Both the position numbers and the translations under genes were made by a program. From NCBI GenBank assembly GCA_011364925.1, contig RDOA01000003.1, positions 72,924 through 136,923 on the forward strand: a DNA stretch of 64,000 bases. The letters run 5' to 3'. The notes under the pieces are model-generated. The model was not told the DNA's origin, made no database searches, and worked only from the letters and a program-made list of their open reading frames with translations. Position 1 is the first letter of the stretch. Each line of letters begins with the position of its first letter. Shown here piece by piece: positions 55,518 through 64,000 of this stretch. Source of the DNA: Promethearchaeota archaeon. GTDB lineage: Archaea; Asgardarchaeota; Lokiarchaeia; Sigyniarchaeales; SOKP01.

Positions 55518-57566
55518 ATGACGAAGAATGAAAAAAATAAATGGGTAATTACTTCAGCATGGCCCTATGTCAACGCTATACCACATTTAGGCAATATGAT
55601 AGGAAGTGTGTTATCTTCTGATGTATTTGCTAGGTTTTGTAGACTAATTGGAGACGAAGTTGTTTTTGTTTCCGGCTCTGACTCTCATGGAACTCCGGTG
55701 GCTGTAGCTGCAAAGCAACAAAATGTACCTGTAAAAGATTTAGCGTTCAAAAATCACGTTATTATTAAAGAATTATTTGAAAAATGGCAAATTTCTTACG
55801 ATAACTATACTATTACACATACTCCAACTCATATCGATTTTGTGCAGAAATTCTATTTAGATGTTCAGAAAAACGGTTATATATTTGAAAAAGAGATCGA
55901 ATCGTTATATTGTGAACCAGATAATCTTTATTTACCCGATAGATTCGTAGAAGGAACATGTCCTCACTGTGGTGATGAGGGAGCAAGGGGGGATCAATGT
56001 GACACGTGTCAAAGACTTCTTACTCCCTTAGAATTGATTAATCCACGTTGTGCGATTTGTGGTACTACTCCTTCGATAAAGAATACGAAGCATTGGTATC
56101 TGGATTTACCAAAACTCCAAAATCAATTAAAAGTTCTAATTGAAAAAAATGAGATCATTCCTTCTAATGCTAAACAAATGCTGCTAAATAGTATTGCTGA
56201 AGGATTACCTGCGAGAGCAATTACTCGAGATTTGGAATGGGGAATACCAGCCAAATTTAAAGGAGCAGAGGGAAAAACAATTTATGTATGGTTCGAAGCA
56301 GTACTCGGATATATTTCTGCTTGTCAGGAGTGGGCCGAAAAGATTATAAACAACCCAAAAAAATTTGATTATTTTTGGAAAGATCAAAAAACTAAGACAG
56401 TTTTCTTTATAGGAAAAGATAACATTATATTTCATTTAATCGTGTTTCCTGGGTTACTGTTAGGCTATAATGCAGATAAAATTGAAGGAGACAAATTTGT
56501 TCTCCCTTATAATGTATCATCGACAGAATGGTTAATGTATGAAAATCAAAAATTCTCAAAATCAAGGGGAATCGGAATCTGGATCGACGAAGCGTTAAAG
56601 ATAGCACCTTTAGATTATTGGCGATTTACTTTAGTATATAATCGACCAGAAACTAGCGATACTAGTTTTTTATGGTCAGAATTTGAGAATAACATTAAAA
56701 CATTAAACGATAACATTGGAAATTTTATTCACAGAACATTAACTTTTATCGACAAGCAATTTAAAGGAATCGTTCCTAAAAAACTAGAGTACGATGAGAC
56801 AGATAAAAAGTTCGTTGATCTTATAAATAATATCGGCTTTGAAATTGGAGAAAGTATAAGAAATTTTAAGTTAAGAAAAGCTATAAGAGACATCGTTAAT
56901 TTTGGAAAGGAAGGGAACGTTTATCTTAATAGTAAAGCTCCCTGGCATTTGATTAAAAAGGATAAGAGTGCTGCTGGTCACGTATTCAATATTTGTACTC
57001 AAGCAGTTTACGCGTTTGGAGTACTCTTAAGTCCATTTATTCCGGGAACTGCTGAAAAAATATTGTCGTATTTGAATCATCCTAATTTGAGCGAATTAAG
57101 ATGGGATTCAATTAACGAAAATTCTGTAAAAGAGGGTCAAAAAATAAAACACCCAGAACCCCTTTTTCAAAAACTTGATATTAATGAGATAAAAATTAAA
57201 CTTCAAAAAATAAGGGAAGGAACGGAACATATTGGTGGTAAAGAATTGGTTTCTTACGAGGATTTTAAAAAGTTAGACATAAGAGTTGCTCTTATTGAGA
57301 ACGTAGAAAAGGTACCTAAAGCAGATAAGTTGTATAAACTATCTATTGATCTTGGAGATGAGAAGCGGATATTAGTCGCAGGGTTAGCCGAACATTATAA
57401 AGAAGAAGATTTAAAAGGTAAAAAGATCGTAATCCTCGCTAATCTGGAACCAAGGAAATTGAGAGGGATTCTAAGCCAAGGGATGCTGCTAGCAGCAGTT
57501 GAAGGCGATACTGTATCGGTATTAACACCTGAGAAAGATATTCCATCAGGAGCAAAAGTAGAATAG
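55518..57566 (+). CDS. metG: methionyl-tRNA synthetase with C-terminal tRNA-binding (EMAPII/Trbp111-like) domain
   Basis: PHLGNMIG (HIGH-type), KFSKSRG (KMSKS), zinc knuckles CPHCG...CDTCQ...CAICG, and C-terminal DIRVALIENVEKVPKADKLYKLSIDLG. An AAGGAGGT Shine-Dalgarno motif lies upstream. Confidence 0.9.
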   Translation: MTKNEKNKWVITSAWPYVNAIPHLGNMIGSVLSSDVFARFCRLIGDEVVFVSGSDSHGTPVAVAAKQQNVPVKDLAFKNHVIIKELFEKWQISYDNYTITHTPTHIDFVQKFYLDVQKNGYIFEKEIESLYCEPDNLYLPDRFVEGTCPHCGDEGARGDQCDTCQRLLTPLELINPRCAICGTTPSIKNTKHWYLDLPKLQNQLKVLIEKNEIIPSNAKQMLLNSIAEGLPARAITRDLEWGIPAKFKGAEGKTIYVWFEAVLGYISACQEWAEKIINNPKKFDYFWKDQKTKTVFFIGKDNIIFHLIVFPGLLLGYNADKIEGDKFVLPYNVSSTEWLMYENQKFSKSRGIGIWIDEALKIAPLDYWRFTLVYNRPETSDTSFLWSEFENNIKTLNDNIGNFIHRTLTFIDKQFKGIVPKKLEYDETDKKFVDLINNIGFEIGESIRNFKLRKAIRDIVNFGKEGNVYLNSKAPWHLIKKDKSAAGHVFNICTQAVYAFGVLLSPFIPGTAEKILSYLNHPNLSELRWDSINENSVKEGQKIKHPEPLFQKLDINEIKIKLQKIREGTEHIGGKELVSYEDFKKLDIRVALIENVEKVPKADKLYKLSIDLGDEKRILVAGLAEHYKEEDLKGKKIVILANLEPRKLRGILSQGMLLAAVEGDTVSVLTPEKDIPSGAKVE

Positions 57567-57567
57567 A

Positions 57568-58800
57568 TTATAATTTAAGGGAAAATATTGGATTCAATCG
57601 AGCGATAATCTCACCAAGGTCCAATTGAAGCGTTTTGAGGATCACATCTCTTCCTCTGTACTCGAATTGCAATTCTTTGACATTCCGGACGATTTTTAAT
57701 TTATTCCTGTCTTTCATTAATTCACAAGCGAAGTATCTTTGATCTTTGTATTCTAGTACTTTTTGCACTTGACTAATGTCCGGTAACCTATATCCCCCTC
57801 CATGAGGCAACAAATTAGCGTTTAATAATAGGTCTAACATTTCAAGTCGGTTGGCTCTTTCCAAAAAGTCGTTATTTTTGAGCGTTGTTTCTGAAAAATT
57901 ATTTTTCCCTCTAAACAAGTAACTTGATAGATCCGCTCGGAGTGTTGTCGGAAAAATATTAGATGAATCACTTTCAGTACAGTTGCTCCCTATATACATG
58001 TTGTTGTAATCCTTTAGGAATTGGTGCGCTGAATTACAAATAACTGTAAATTTGGAGCTGAATAAATTCATAGCAACTATTTCTCTTTTTACATTTGAAA
58101 AGATTAATGCTTTTTTATTGAACTCGAGATATTCTTTTGCGTCTGAATCTAACAAAACAAACTGGGTTCCAAATTCAGTCGTCTCTTTAATTGCTCGGCT
58201 CATTAGAGATTTGGAACCATCGATATATAGTCCTATACCATACTTATCGTCGCGAAATTCTGGAGCAGAACCATGGATCATGAACATATACGGAGGAAAA
58301 TCCAGATTAGAAAGATTTTTCGTTTCGTAACAGTTGATAAAGTGATTAGAAATTCCATAATCCCAATTTATCAATATATCTCCACTATATAGTTCTGTAC
58401 TCTTTACACTGTCTATTTTTTTAATGATCTCGTAGGGATCTGGTAGTTCTTCTAACCCGCCCACTAAAATACCGCAGCAATTTGGTTTAATATTTAAGAA
58501 AACTAATTTATCTTTCCCAGAACCCCAATTTAATCTCCCACCATAACCAAGACCAGAGTTCCATCGAAAATTATTTTTTGAAATCGTTTCATCTGGGGAT
58601 GAGATGAAGGTAGCTTTTGGTTCAAATCCATATTTCTCTTGAATCAAGTGGAATTGCGCCAAACCGTATTTCATGTTCGCTCTGCATAATTTAGAAGCTC
58701 CATCGTTTAATCCCGTTGAGAAAATGAAATCATTTGCTCTTTGAAGTAAATCTGTCTTAGATAGTTCAGATACTTTATTGGATAACTCAAATGAACCCAT
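57568..58800 (-). CDS. highly divergent RtcB-like protein (tentative)
   Basis: Colinear degenerate matches to RtcB signatures as I recall them: NIKPNCCG (cf. DIGCGM), ISNHF (GNHF), MIHGSAPE (HSGSRG), NSAHQ (HHN), IFPTTLRADLSSYLFRG (IPGSMGAKSFIVRG), LPHGGGY (HGAGR). 410 aa. Confidence 0.45.
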   Translation of the reverse strand: MGSFELSNKVSELSKTDLLQRANDFIFSTGLNDGASKLCRANMKYGLAQFHLIQEKYGFEPKATFISSPDETISKNNFRWNSGLGYGGRLNWGSGKDKLVFLNIKPNCCGILVGGLEELPDPYEIIKKIDSVKSTELYSGDILINWDYGISNHFINCYETKNLSNLDFPPYMFMIHGSAPEFRDDKYGIGLYIDGSKSLMSRAIKETTEFGTQFVLLDSDAKEYLEFNKKALIFSNVKREIVAMNLFSSKFTVICNSAHQFLKDYNNMYIGSNCTESDSSNIFPTTLRADLSSYLFRGKNNFSETTLKNNDFLERANRLEMLDLLLNANLLPHGGGYRLPDISQVQKVLEYKDQRYFACELMKDRNKLKIVRNVKELQFEYRGRDVILKTLQLDLGEIIARLNPIFSLKL

Positions 58801-58887
58801 TCTACTTAATAATTAGATATTATTATATTTATATATACGATAGTATGTTTGTAAGTTAGGAAAAAGTAATCTCAATTTAGCATAATT

Positions 58888-59526
58888 ATGAGCGATCCAG
58901 ACAACACAATTTTATTCGACTCGGTGAAAGGAATACAATTAGAGGGAGAGTTTGAAGGGTCCATAATTACCCGATGCAAAGACGATAACAATTCTATTAT
59001 TTTTTCGGACAATCTTAAAATCTCTAACTCAGAAGGTATTTTTATCGTCAACGGATTCAGAGTCGGCTTTGAATTAGATTATAATAAAAAGTCTGCTTTT
59101 TCTCGAAAAATTGAAGCGCAATGGTACGAGGATTTTGAATCCATTGAATATTCAATACTCATTTCAGAAGATATAATGCAAATCTATGGAGAAGGCCAGT
59201 TTTCAGATGCTTACCCATATACTTTAAACAAGCTTAATACAGCTACCCTTTATTTTGATGATTATGGACATAAAATTAACCATTTGGACTTCTTCAAGGG
59301 AGAAATGCTTAAGAATCCCATAGCTCTTGTGGGAAATGGCGTTATAGTTGCAGACAGAGTTGTTATAGATGAAAGAATCGATCCTGTATTTTACGATTGT
59401 TTAATCGTTGGACGAGATGAAAATGAAAATCTTTCGGTGTCATTTGAACCATATATGAATGTGAAAAAATCTTTAACACATGTTAAATACATCATTATCT
59501 TAGGAATAGAAGAATTGAAACTTTAG
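58888..59526 (+). CDS. hypothetical protein
   Basis: 212-aa ORF with normal composition and no recognisable motif. Confidence 0.5.
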   Translation: MSDPDNTILFDSVKGIQLEGEFEGSIITRCKDDNNSIIFSDNLKISNSEGIFIVNGFRVGFELDYNKKSAFSRKIEAQWYEDFESIEYSILISEDIMQIYGEGQFSDAYPYTLNKLNTATLYFDDYGHKINHLDFFKGEMLKNPIALVGNGVIVADRVVIDERIDPVFYDCLIVGRDENENLSVSFEPYMNVKKSLTHVKYIIILGIEELKL

Positions 59527-59652
59527 GTAACTCAGCAACTTATATATTCTTGGAATTCTTGCAACTTTATCATCAATTTTATATTGATTAACTTGTAATT
59601 AAAGTATAATAGAGCGTAGTTAATTAAGATTTGATTATAAAGATCTAAAAAG

Positions 59653-60888
59653 ATGATACTATACGAAAATAATAGCGCTAGATTGCTTAATATAATAAAG
59701 TGGGGAAATAATCCTTTCAAAAAGTTTGTAAGTACCAGTGAAATTAAAGAAGAATTAGATTTTGTAAAATCACGGGAGGGTCTCATTAATAGAATTAAGA
59801 CAATCGTGAAAGAAGACCGCAATTTTATCCTTCCCGTTATCGGGGAAGTAGGTTCAGGAAAGACTCATCTCTATTGGGCTCTAAAAAATAGTCTTTATTA
59901 TTATAATACGTTCTATATCTCTCTAGAATCCGTATACAAAAAGTTTTTTTATAATATTTACTCTGAATTCATAGAAAAACTTGAAATAGCGCCCTTGAAA
60001 TTCGTAGTGAACCAATTATGCGAAAATTGGGGTGCTTTAGAGAGGAAGTATGGATTTTTTCAAGTAGTTGACATTGAAAAAATTAAAAAGACGGCAATCA
60101 ATCAGTTATCTGCTAAATACAGCGAAATCGAACCAGAAATTCTAAAGGACGCAATCACGGGGATTACAACCCATCAATTAGACCCATATAAAAAAATTGA
60201 GGCTGAAAGATGGTTATTAGGCAAATTATTGGACGCAAAAGAATTGTCCATTCTAAATATTACTCACGATCTTCATAAGGGTAAAAATGCTTACGTTCTT
60301 TTAAGGCTCTTTATTGAAAATTCCAAGCTAGGAACGATTCTTTTTATCGACGATTTTGAAAAAATTGTTGGAATCTCGAATCCACAAGATGATTTAGTCG
60401 AAGAAGTGTTCGATCCTAGTTGGCTCTACGGAGCTGAAAGGTCTCCTAACGATATCGCTTCTGAAAAGATTTTTTCAAAAATAACCCAACTACAAAATAT
60501 TGATGGATTACGCGTAATTATTACTTTAAAATCAATAGACTCACTAGAACAAATCAAAAAAAAATATCAAGATATTGATTCCGAATTGTTACCACCAATA
60601 AAAGAACCCATTTTTCTTGAAAATTTTAGCGAAGAGGATATCTTCGAGTTATATAAGAGTACGATGAGGAATTTCTTCAACAATATTGAATGTAATGAAT
60701 TTACAAAAGAGTTCGAGAACAACTACTTTCCATTAAATTCAACGATATTGAAAAATGTCTTTAGACAGGCTCACGGAAATCCTAGGGTCATTATAAAGAC
60801 ATTAATTAGGATTTTCAACGAGATCATTGAAGATGAGGAAGATCTTGAGACAATTTTAAAAAATTATGAAAATTTAACAACCAATTAA
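59653..60888 (+). CDS. P-loop NTPase (archaeal-ATPase/AAA+-like)
   Basis: Walker A GEVGSGKTHL and Walker B ILFIDDFE. The N-terminal FV....E...L.F context resembles the archaeal ATPase family. Confidence 0.65.
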   Translation: MILYENNSARLLNIIKWGNNPFKKFVSTSEIKEELDFVKSREGLINRIKTIVKEDRNFILPVIGEVGSGKTHLYWALKNSLYYYNTFYISLESVYKKFFYNIYSEFIEKLEIAPLKFVVNQLCENWGALERKYGFFQVVDIEKIKKTAINQLSAKYSEIEPEILKDAITGITTHQLDPYKKIEAERWLLGKLLDAKELSILNITHDLHKGKNAYVLLRLFIENSKLGTILFIDDFEKIVGISNPQDDLVEEVFDPSWLYGAERSPNDIASEKIFSKITQLQNIDGLRVIITLKSIDSLEQIKKKYQDIDSELLPPIKEPIFLENFSEEDIFELYKSTMRNFFNNIECNEFTKEFENNYFPLNSTILKNVFRQAHGNPRVIIKTLIRIFNEIIEDEEDLETILKNYENLTTN

Positions 60889-60908
60889 TACTTTAGATAT
60901 AAATAGCC

Positions 60909-62318
60909 TTAAGAATCCTTTGTTTCTGTAGAATCATCTAAATCCAATGGGACATTAGAAATGTCTAAGTCTTTTCTTTCTTGTTCACCAGAATTTTCTC
61001 CTTGTTCACCAATTAACTTTTTACTTCTTAGGTAATTTTGGAATTCCCAGTCGCTAATTTTGTTGGATTCAAGTGCGCCGCTATTAATAAGGTAATTTTT
61101 AAAATCAGAAACGATGTGAATGACTTCTTCTTGTTTAAATAGCTTTTTCACGATTAAACCTTTCTTCTCTAAAATATACTGCGAATAGATCCAGTAGAAA
61201 ACGATGGTAATCAACAAGACCATGAAATTATTCGTTAGATTTACTTGGCTGCGACTTGTGTACGTTCCCGAAATTGAGCCAGCTCCCGTTATCATAACTA
61301 TCTGACCTTCAATATAGATTAATGTAAATGCAAATAAGAAAAAGGCTAAATTATTAGAATTAAATATTTTAAATCTAAATGTTCTATTACCTAAACCTCT
61401 GATGACCAGAATTGCAGTAAAGATCATTAATAACACATCAATAACTGCCCGAAAAGCATCAATACCAACAGCCTGAGTAACGCTTCTAAAAGAATTTATA
61501 AAACTAAAGGATCGATACCAAATAATAATCCAAACTAAGATATAAAAAATTGAGGAAAAGACATTGTACGTATCGTTTTTCATACTTTTTATGTAAAGAA
61601 AAATTAGTCGATAAGAAATCAAAAATATAATAATGTACATAGCGATGTTCCAACCATTAAACCACCAAAGAGATTCTAAAGAATAATCTGGAGGTTGAGG
61701 TTCAAAAAATGAAATGAACGAAAAATAGGTTCCTAACTGAGCTAAAACTGGGACTAGAACCGCGAGAATTAAAAAAACCATGCTAAAAATCTTAATTCTA
61801 TTTGATCCTCTATGCGACAAAACCTTATTATCTAGACTTTCGGAAATATTTACGAAACTAGTCCTTAAAAAGAATATTTGCGCCATATTCCACCCAAAGT
61901 ATAAAACGATAAAAAATCCTGGGAGGATATAATCCCATCCTAAAAATTGAATAGGAATTTGTGTAGAACTACCGAATAGAAAATATAAAAGAACGATAAG
62001 AGCACTTATACCTAACGAACCAACAAAAATCAACACTTTGTGTTGATCTAAGCTTTTAGTAAAAAGGAATCGATCAAATTTAGAATTGATGCCGAGAAAC
62101 ATTAGTACGATAAAGGATAGAGAGAAAGTAGTCGCTAAATACAAACCAACATTGCCTAAACTTGTAGCACCTAAAAAGAAAAATAGAATCAAGGCCAGTA
62201 CCTCAATGAAAAAGAAAATTGTATACGCTATATGACTCGGATTAAATATCTTGTGGAAATATTTATCCAGTTTAGCTCCTATTTTGGAACGTGCTATTGA
62301 CTCAGACATAAAACTCAC
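60909..62318 (-). CDS. polytopic membrane protein (~11 TM) with an acidic C-terminal tail, unknown function
   Basis: 469-aa ORF with many hydrophobic helices. The tail is ...GEQGENSGEQERKDLDISNVPLDLDDSTETKDS. Confidence 0.65.
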   Translation of the reverse strand: MSFMSESIARSKIGAKLDKYFHKIFNPSHIAYTIFFFIEVLALILFFFLGATSLGNVGLYLATTFSLSFIVLMFLGINSKFDRFLFTKSLDQHKVLIFVGSLGISALIVLLYFLFGSSTQIPIQFLGWDYILPGFFIVLYFGWNMAQIFFLRTSFVNISESLDNKVLSHRGSNRIKIFSMVFLILAVLVPVLAQLGTYFSFISFFEPQPPDYSLESLWWFNGWNIAMYIIIFLISYRLIFLYIKSMKNDTYNVFSSIFYILVWIIIWYRSFSFINSFRSVTQAVGIDAFRAVIDVLLMIFTAILVIRGLGNRTFRFKIFNSNNLAFFLFAFTLIYIEGQIVMITGAGSISGTYTSRSQVNLTNNFMVLLITIVFYWIYSQYILEKKGLIVKKLFKQEEVIHIVSDFKNYLINSGALESNKISDWEFQNYLRSKKLIGEQGENSGEQERKDLDISNVPLDLDDSTETKDS

Positions 62319-62493
62319 AGATCAAATATCACTAATATAATCTTGAATCTTCTAAATTAACTAATTAATGATATAAAATACTTATTCTTAAGCTTTAATG
62401 TTAACATAAAAAAGGGGACATAAATTTAAATAAGAAGTTCGTTCTTAAAGTCTTAGTAAATCCAAAATAATTTAATTAAAAGAAGTGTAAAAA

Positions 62494-64000
62494 TTGAGAA
62501 AATATAAGCAATTCATTACTGTTTTATTTACATTAGTTCTCTCTATCACTGCAATAAACATCGGATTCTATTTATCTAATTTGAATTCAATAACTCCTAT
62601 AACACAATTTGATGATTTTAACAGTCCAAAGACTTCAATGGTGCATCATATTACAATTTTCATCGATGATACAAATCCTGCTCAAAACTGGGCAGCTGTA
62701 AAAGCAGCAGGAAATTGCACTGGTTCAGGGACATCGGGTGATCCATATATTATAAGCAATGATGTATTTAACACAACTATCGGCAGTATTTGTTTGGATA
62801 TTCGTAATTCTAGAAAGTATTTTCGAGTTCTTGACTGTGAATTTATAATATCTGGGATTGCAGCAGGAATTTACCTTAATAATGTTACCAATGGTTTAAT
62901 TCGAGGTAATCAATTGCCGAGAAACGTTTTCTATGGTATCTTTGTTGACAATTGTAGCCAAATAACACTCAGGGACAACAATTGTTCAACATGTCTTGCT
63001 GGTATTATTGTCGCGAATTCTAGAGACAGCACTCTAGATTCCAACACGGTTAACAATAATGCTGGTCAAGGGATAAATCTAGACAATTGCAAAGATGTCG
63101 TAATTGAGAATAACGATGTTATAGAAAACTCAAATGAAGGAATATACTATAGTGATTGTGTGTCTTTAACAATTAGAGATAATATCATAATAAATAATAC
63201 TATTGGGATTAATACTTACATCTCAAACGATTCGCGAATATTAACTAATACCCTTTCAGGAAACACTAACCATGGTATTCGAATTTTCCTAAGTCATAGG
63301 TGTGAAATTAAAGGTAATAATATCTTATTGAGTGTTAATGATGGTATCCGAGTTGAACAAAGTACTCATAATTTAATTGATTCCAATAAAGCAAACGAAA
63401 ACTCGTATGGAATTCACTTAATGACAACCTCAAATTTTAATACTGTTTCAAAAAATACGGCTAACGATAACCTATTGGTTGGGATATACTTAAATGGTGT
63501 TTATTATAATAGTGTAGTTCATAATACTGGAAATTATAACTCAGCCGAAGGCTTTTGGACTAATAATGCTGATCATAATATAATATCAGATAACATCGCT
63601 TACCATAACGGGGGTTTTGGTTTCCGCTTCAATGCTGGTGTTAATATAACTATTAACGATAACGAGGCAAGTGAAAATAGTGATGCTGGGATTCGATTAT
63701 ATAATATAGACGATTCAATAATTACGAATAATTACGCACATCATAATGGATGGGACGGGTTTCGATTACGATCAGGAAGCGAACGGAATGTTGTTCAAGG
63801 GAATACTGCCATGTTTAATAATTTAAGTGGATTCTACATCTTTGAAAGTAGTAATCCATCTGTAATTGTCCAAAATGTTGCATCTAAAAACGAAGAGCAC
63901 GGTATTTTTCTCGAAACTATAACAAATTCCCTCATCATGGGTAATATTGCCGAGGACAATAATTTGAACGGAATTTACTTAAACACATGTGATGGAAATT
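62494..64000 (+). CDS. parallel beta-helix (PbH1/NosD-like) surface protein, 5' part (runs off the window end; absent from the ORF track)
   Basis: My own translation from TTG 62494 gives (M)RKYKQFITVLFTLVLSITAINIG...CTGSGTSGDPYIISNDVF...N.I.GN... repeats. It is open to base 64000 and homologous to 19413..21071 and 21839..23452. Confidence 0.75.
   Translation, partial: MRKYKQFITVLFTLVLSITAINIGFYLSNLNSITPITQFDDFNSPKTSMVHHITIFIDDTNPAQNWAAVKAAGNCTGSGTSGDPYIISNDVFNTTIGSICLDIRNSRKYFRVLDCEFIISGIAAGIYLNNVTNGLIRGNQLPRNVFYGIFVDNCSQITLRDNNCSTCLAGIIVANSRDSTLDSNTVNNNAGQGINLDNCKDVVIENNDVIENSNEGIYYSDCVSLTIRDNIIINNTIGINTYISNDSRILTNTLSGNTNHGIRIFLSHRCEIKGNNILLSVNDGIRVEQSTHNLIDSNKANENSYGIHLMTTSNFNTVSKNTANDNLLVGIYLNGVYYNSVVHNTGNYNSAEGFWTNNADHNIISDNIAYHNGGFGFRFNAGVNITINDNEASENSDAGIRLYNIDDSIITNNYAHHNGWDGFRLRSGSERNVVQGNTAMFNNLSGFYIFESSNPSVIVQNVASKNEEHGIFLETITNSLIMGNIAEDNNLNGIYLNTCDGN

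Noticed and set aside
1-64000. Search for tRNA/rRNA genes, transposases, integrases, inteins and in-frame TGA/TAG recoding in hdrA/mvhD
   Set aside because: No GC-rich cloverleaf-like intergenic segment was seen. No ORF has DDE/tyrosine-recombinase-like motifs. The Hdr/Mvh ORFs are uninterrupted. The duplicated segments are gene-family paralogs with their promoters, not IS elements with terminal inverted repeats.

Overview
This is an AT-rich archaeal chromosomal window. Hand counts give about 28% GC in typical stretches. It is almost fully coding, with roughly 60 genes. Operons are Shine-Dalgarno-led, promoters are TATA-box type, and terminators are oligo-T. I found no rRNA, tRNA, CRISPR array, transposase or integrase. 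All calls come from reading the ORF translations and the DNA by eye (motif recognition only, no searches), so family names are inferences.

Gene content points to an Asgard (Lokiarchaeia-like) archaeon, which is itself an inference. The supporting genes are Rab/Ras-like small GTPases, Roadblock/LC7 proteins, longin-like domains, a vWA protein with two C4HC3 zinc fingers, and HdrABC-MvhDG.

- **1-12.9 kb:** an amplified accessory region. It holds four paralogs (one truncated by the window edge) of a TPR protein ending in a conserved longin/roadblock-like alpha/beta domain. Two Rab-like GTPases, several secreted proteins, an LVIVD beta-propeller surface protein and a double-wHTH/TPR protein are interleaved with them. 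A roughly 80-bp promoter/leader cassette recurs three times here. This is the best candidate for an undescribed GTPase-regulator system.
- **13-24 kb:** housekeeping and accessory genes, including an FGGY kinase, an MFS transporter, and parallel beta-helix surface proteins coupled to a membrane-tethered wHTH.
- **25.2-35.1 kb:** a tight plus-strand supercluster: TusA, DsrE/F/H-like, DsrE2-like, HdrC, HdrB, HdrA, MvhD, an MvhG-like protein with no MvhA, a FrhB::GltD insertion fusion, and a second TusA.
- **35-47 kb:** sulfatase, two crotonases, acyl-CoA dehydrogenase, amino-acid permease, radical SAM activase and others.
- **47-64 kb:** a divergent Roadblock pair beside a 1399-aa surface protein, an M20 peptidase, the vWA plus 2x C4HC3 zinc-finger protein, MetRS, a highly divergent RtcB-like protein, a P-loop ATPase, and a third beta-helix paralog running off the window end.
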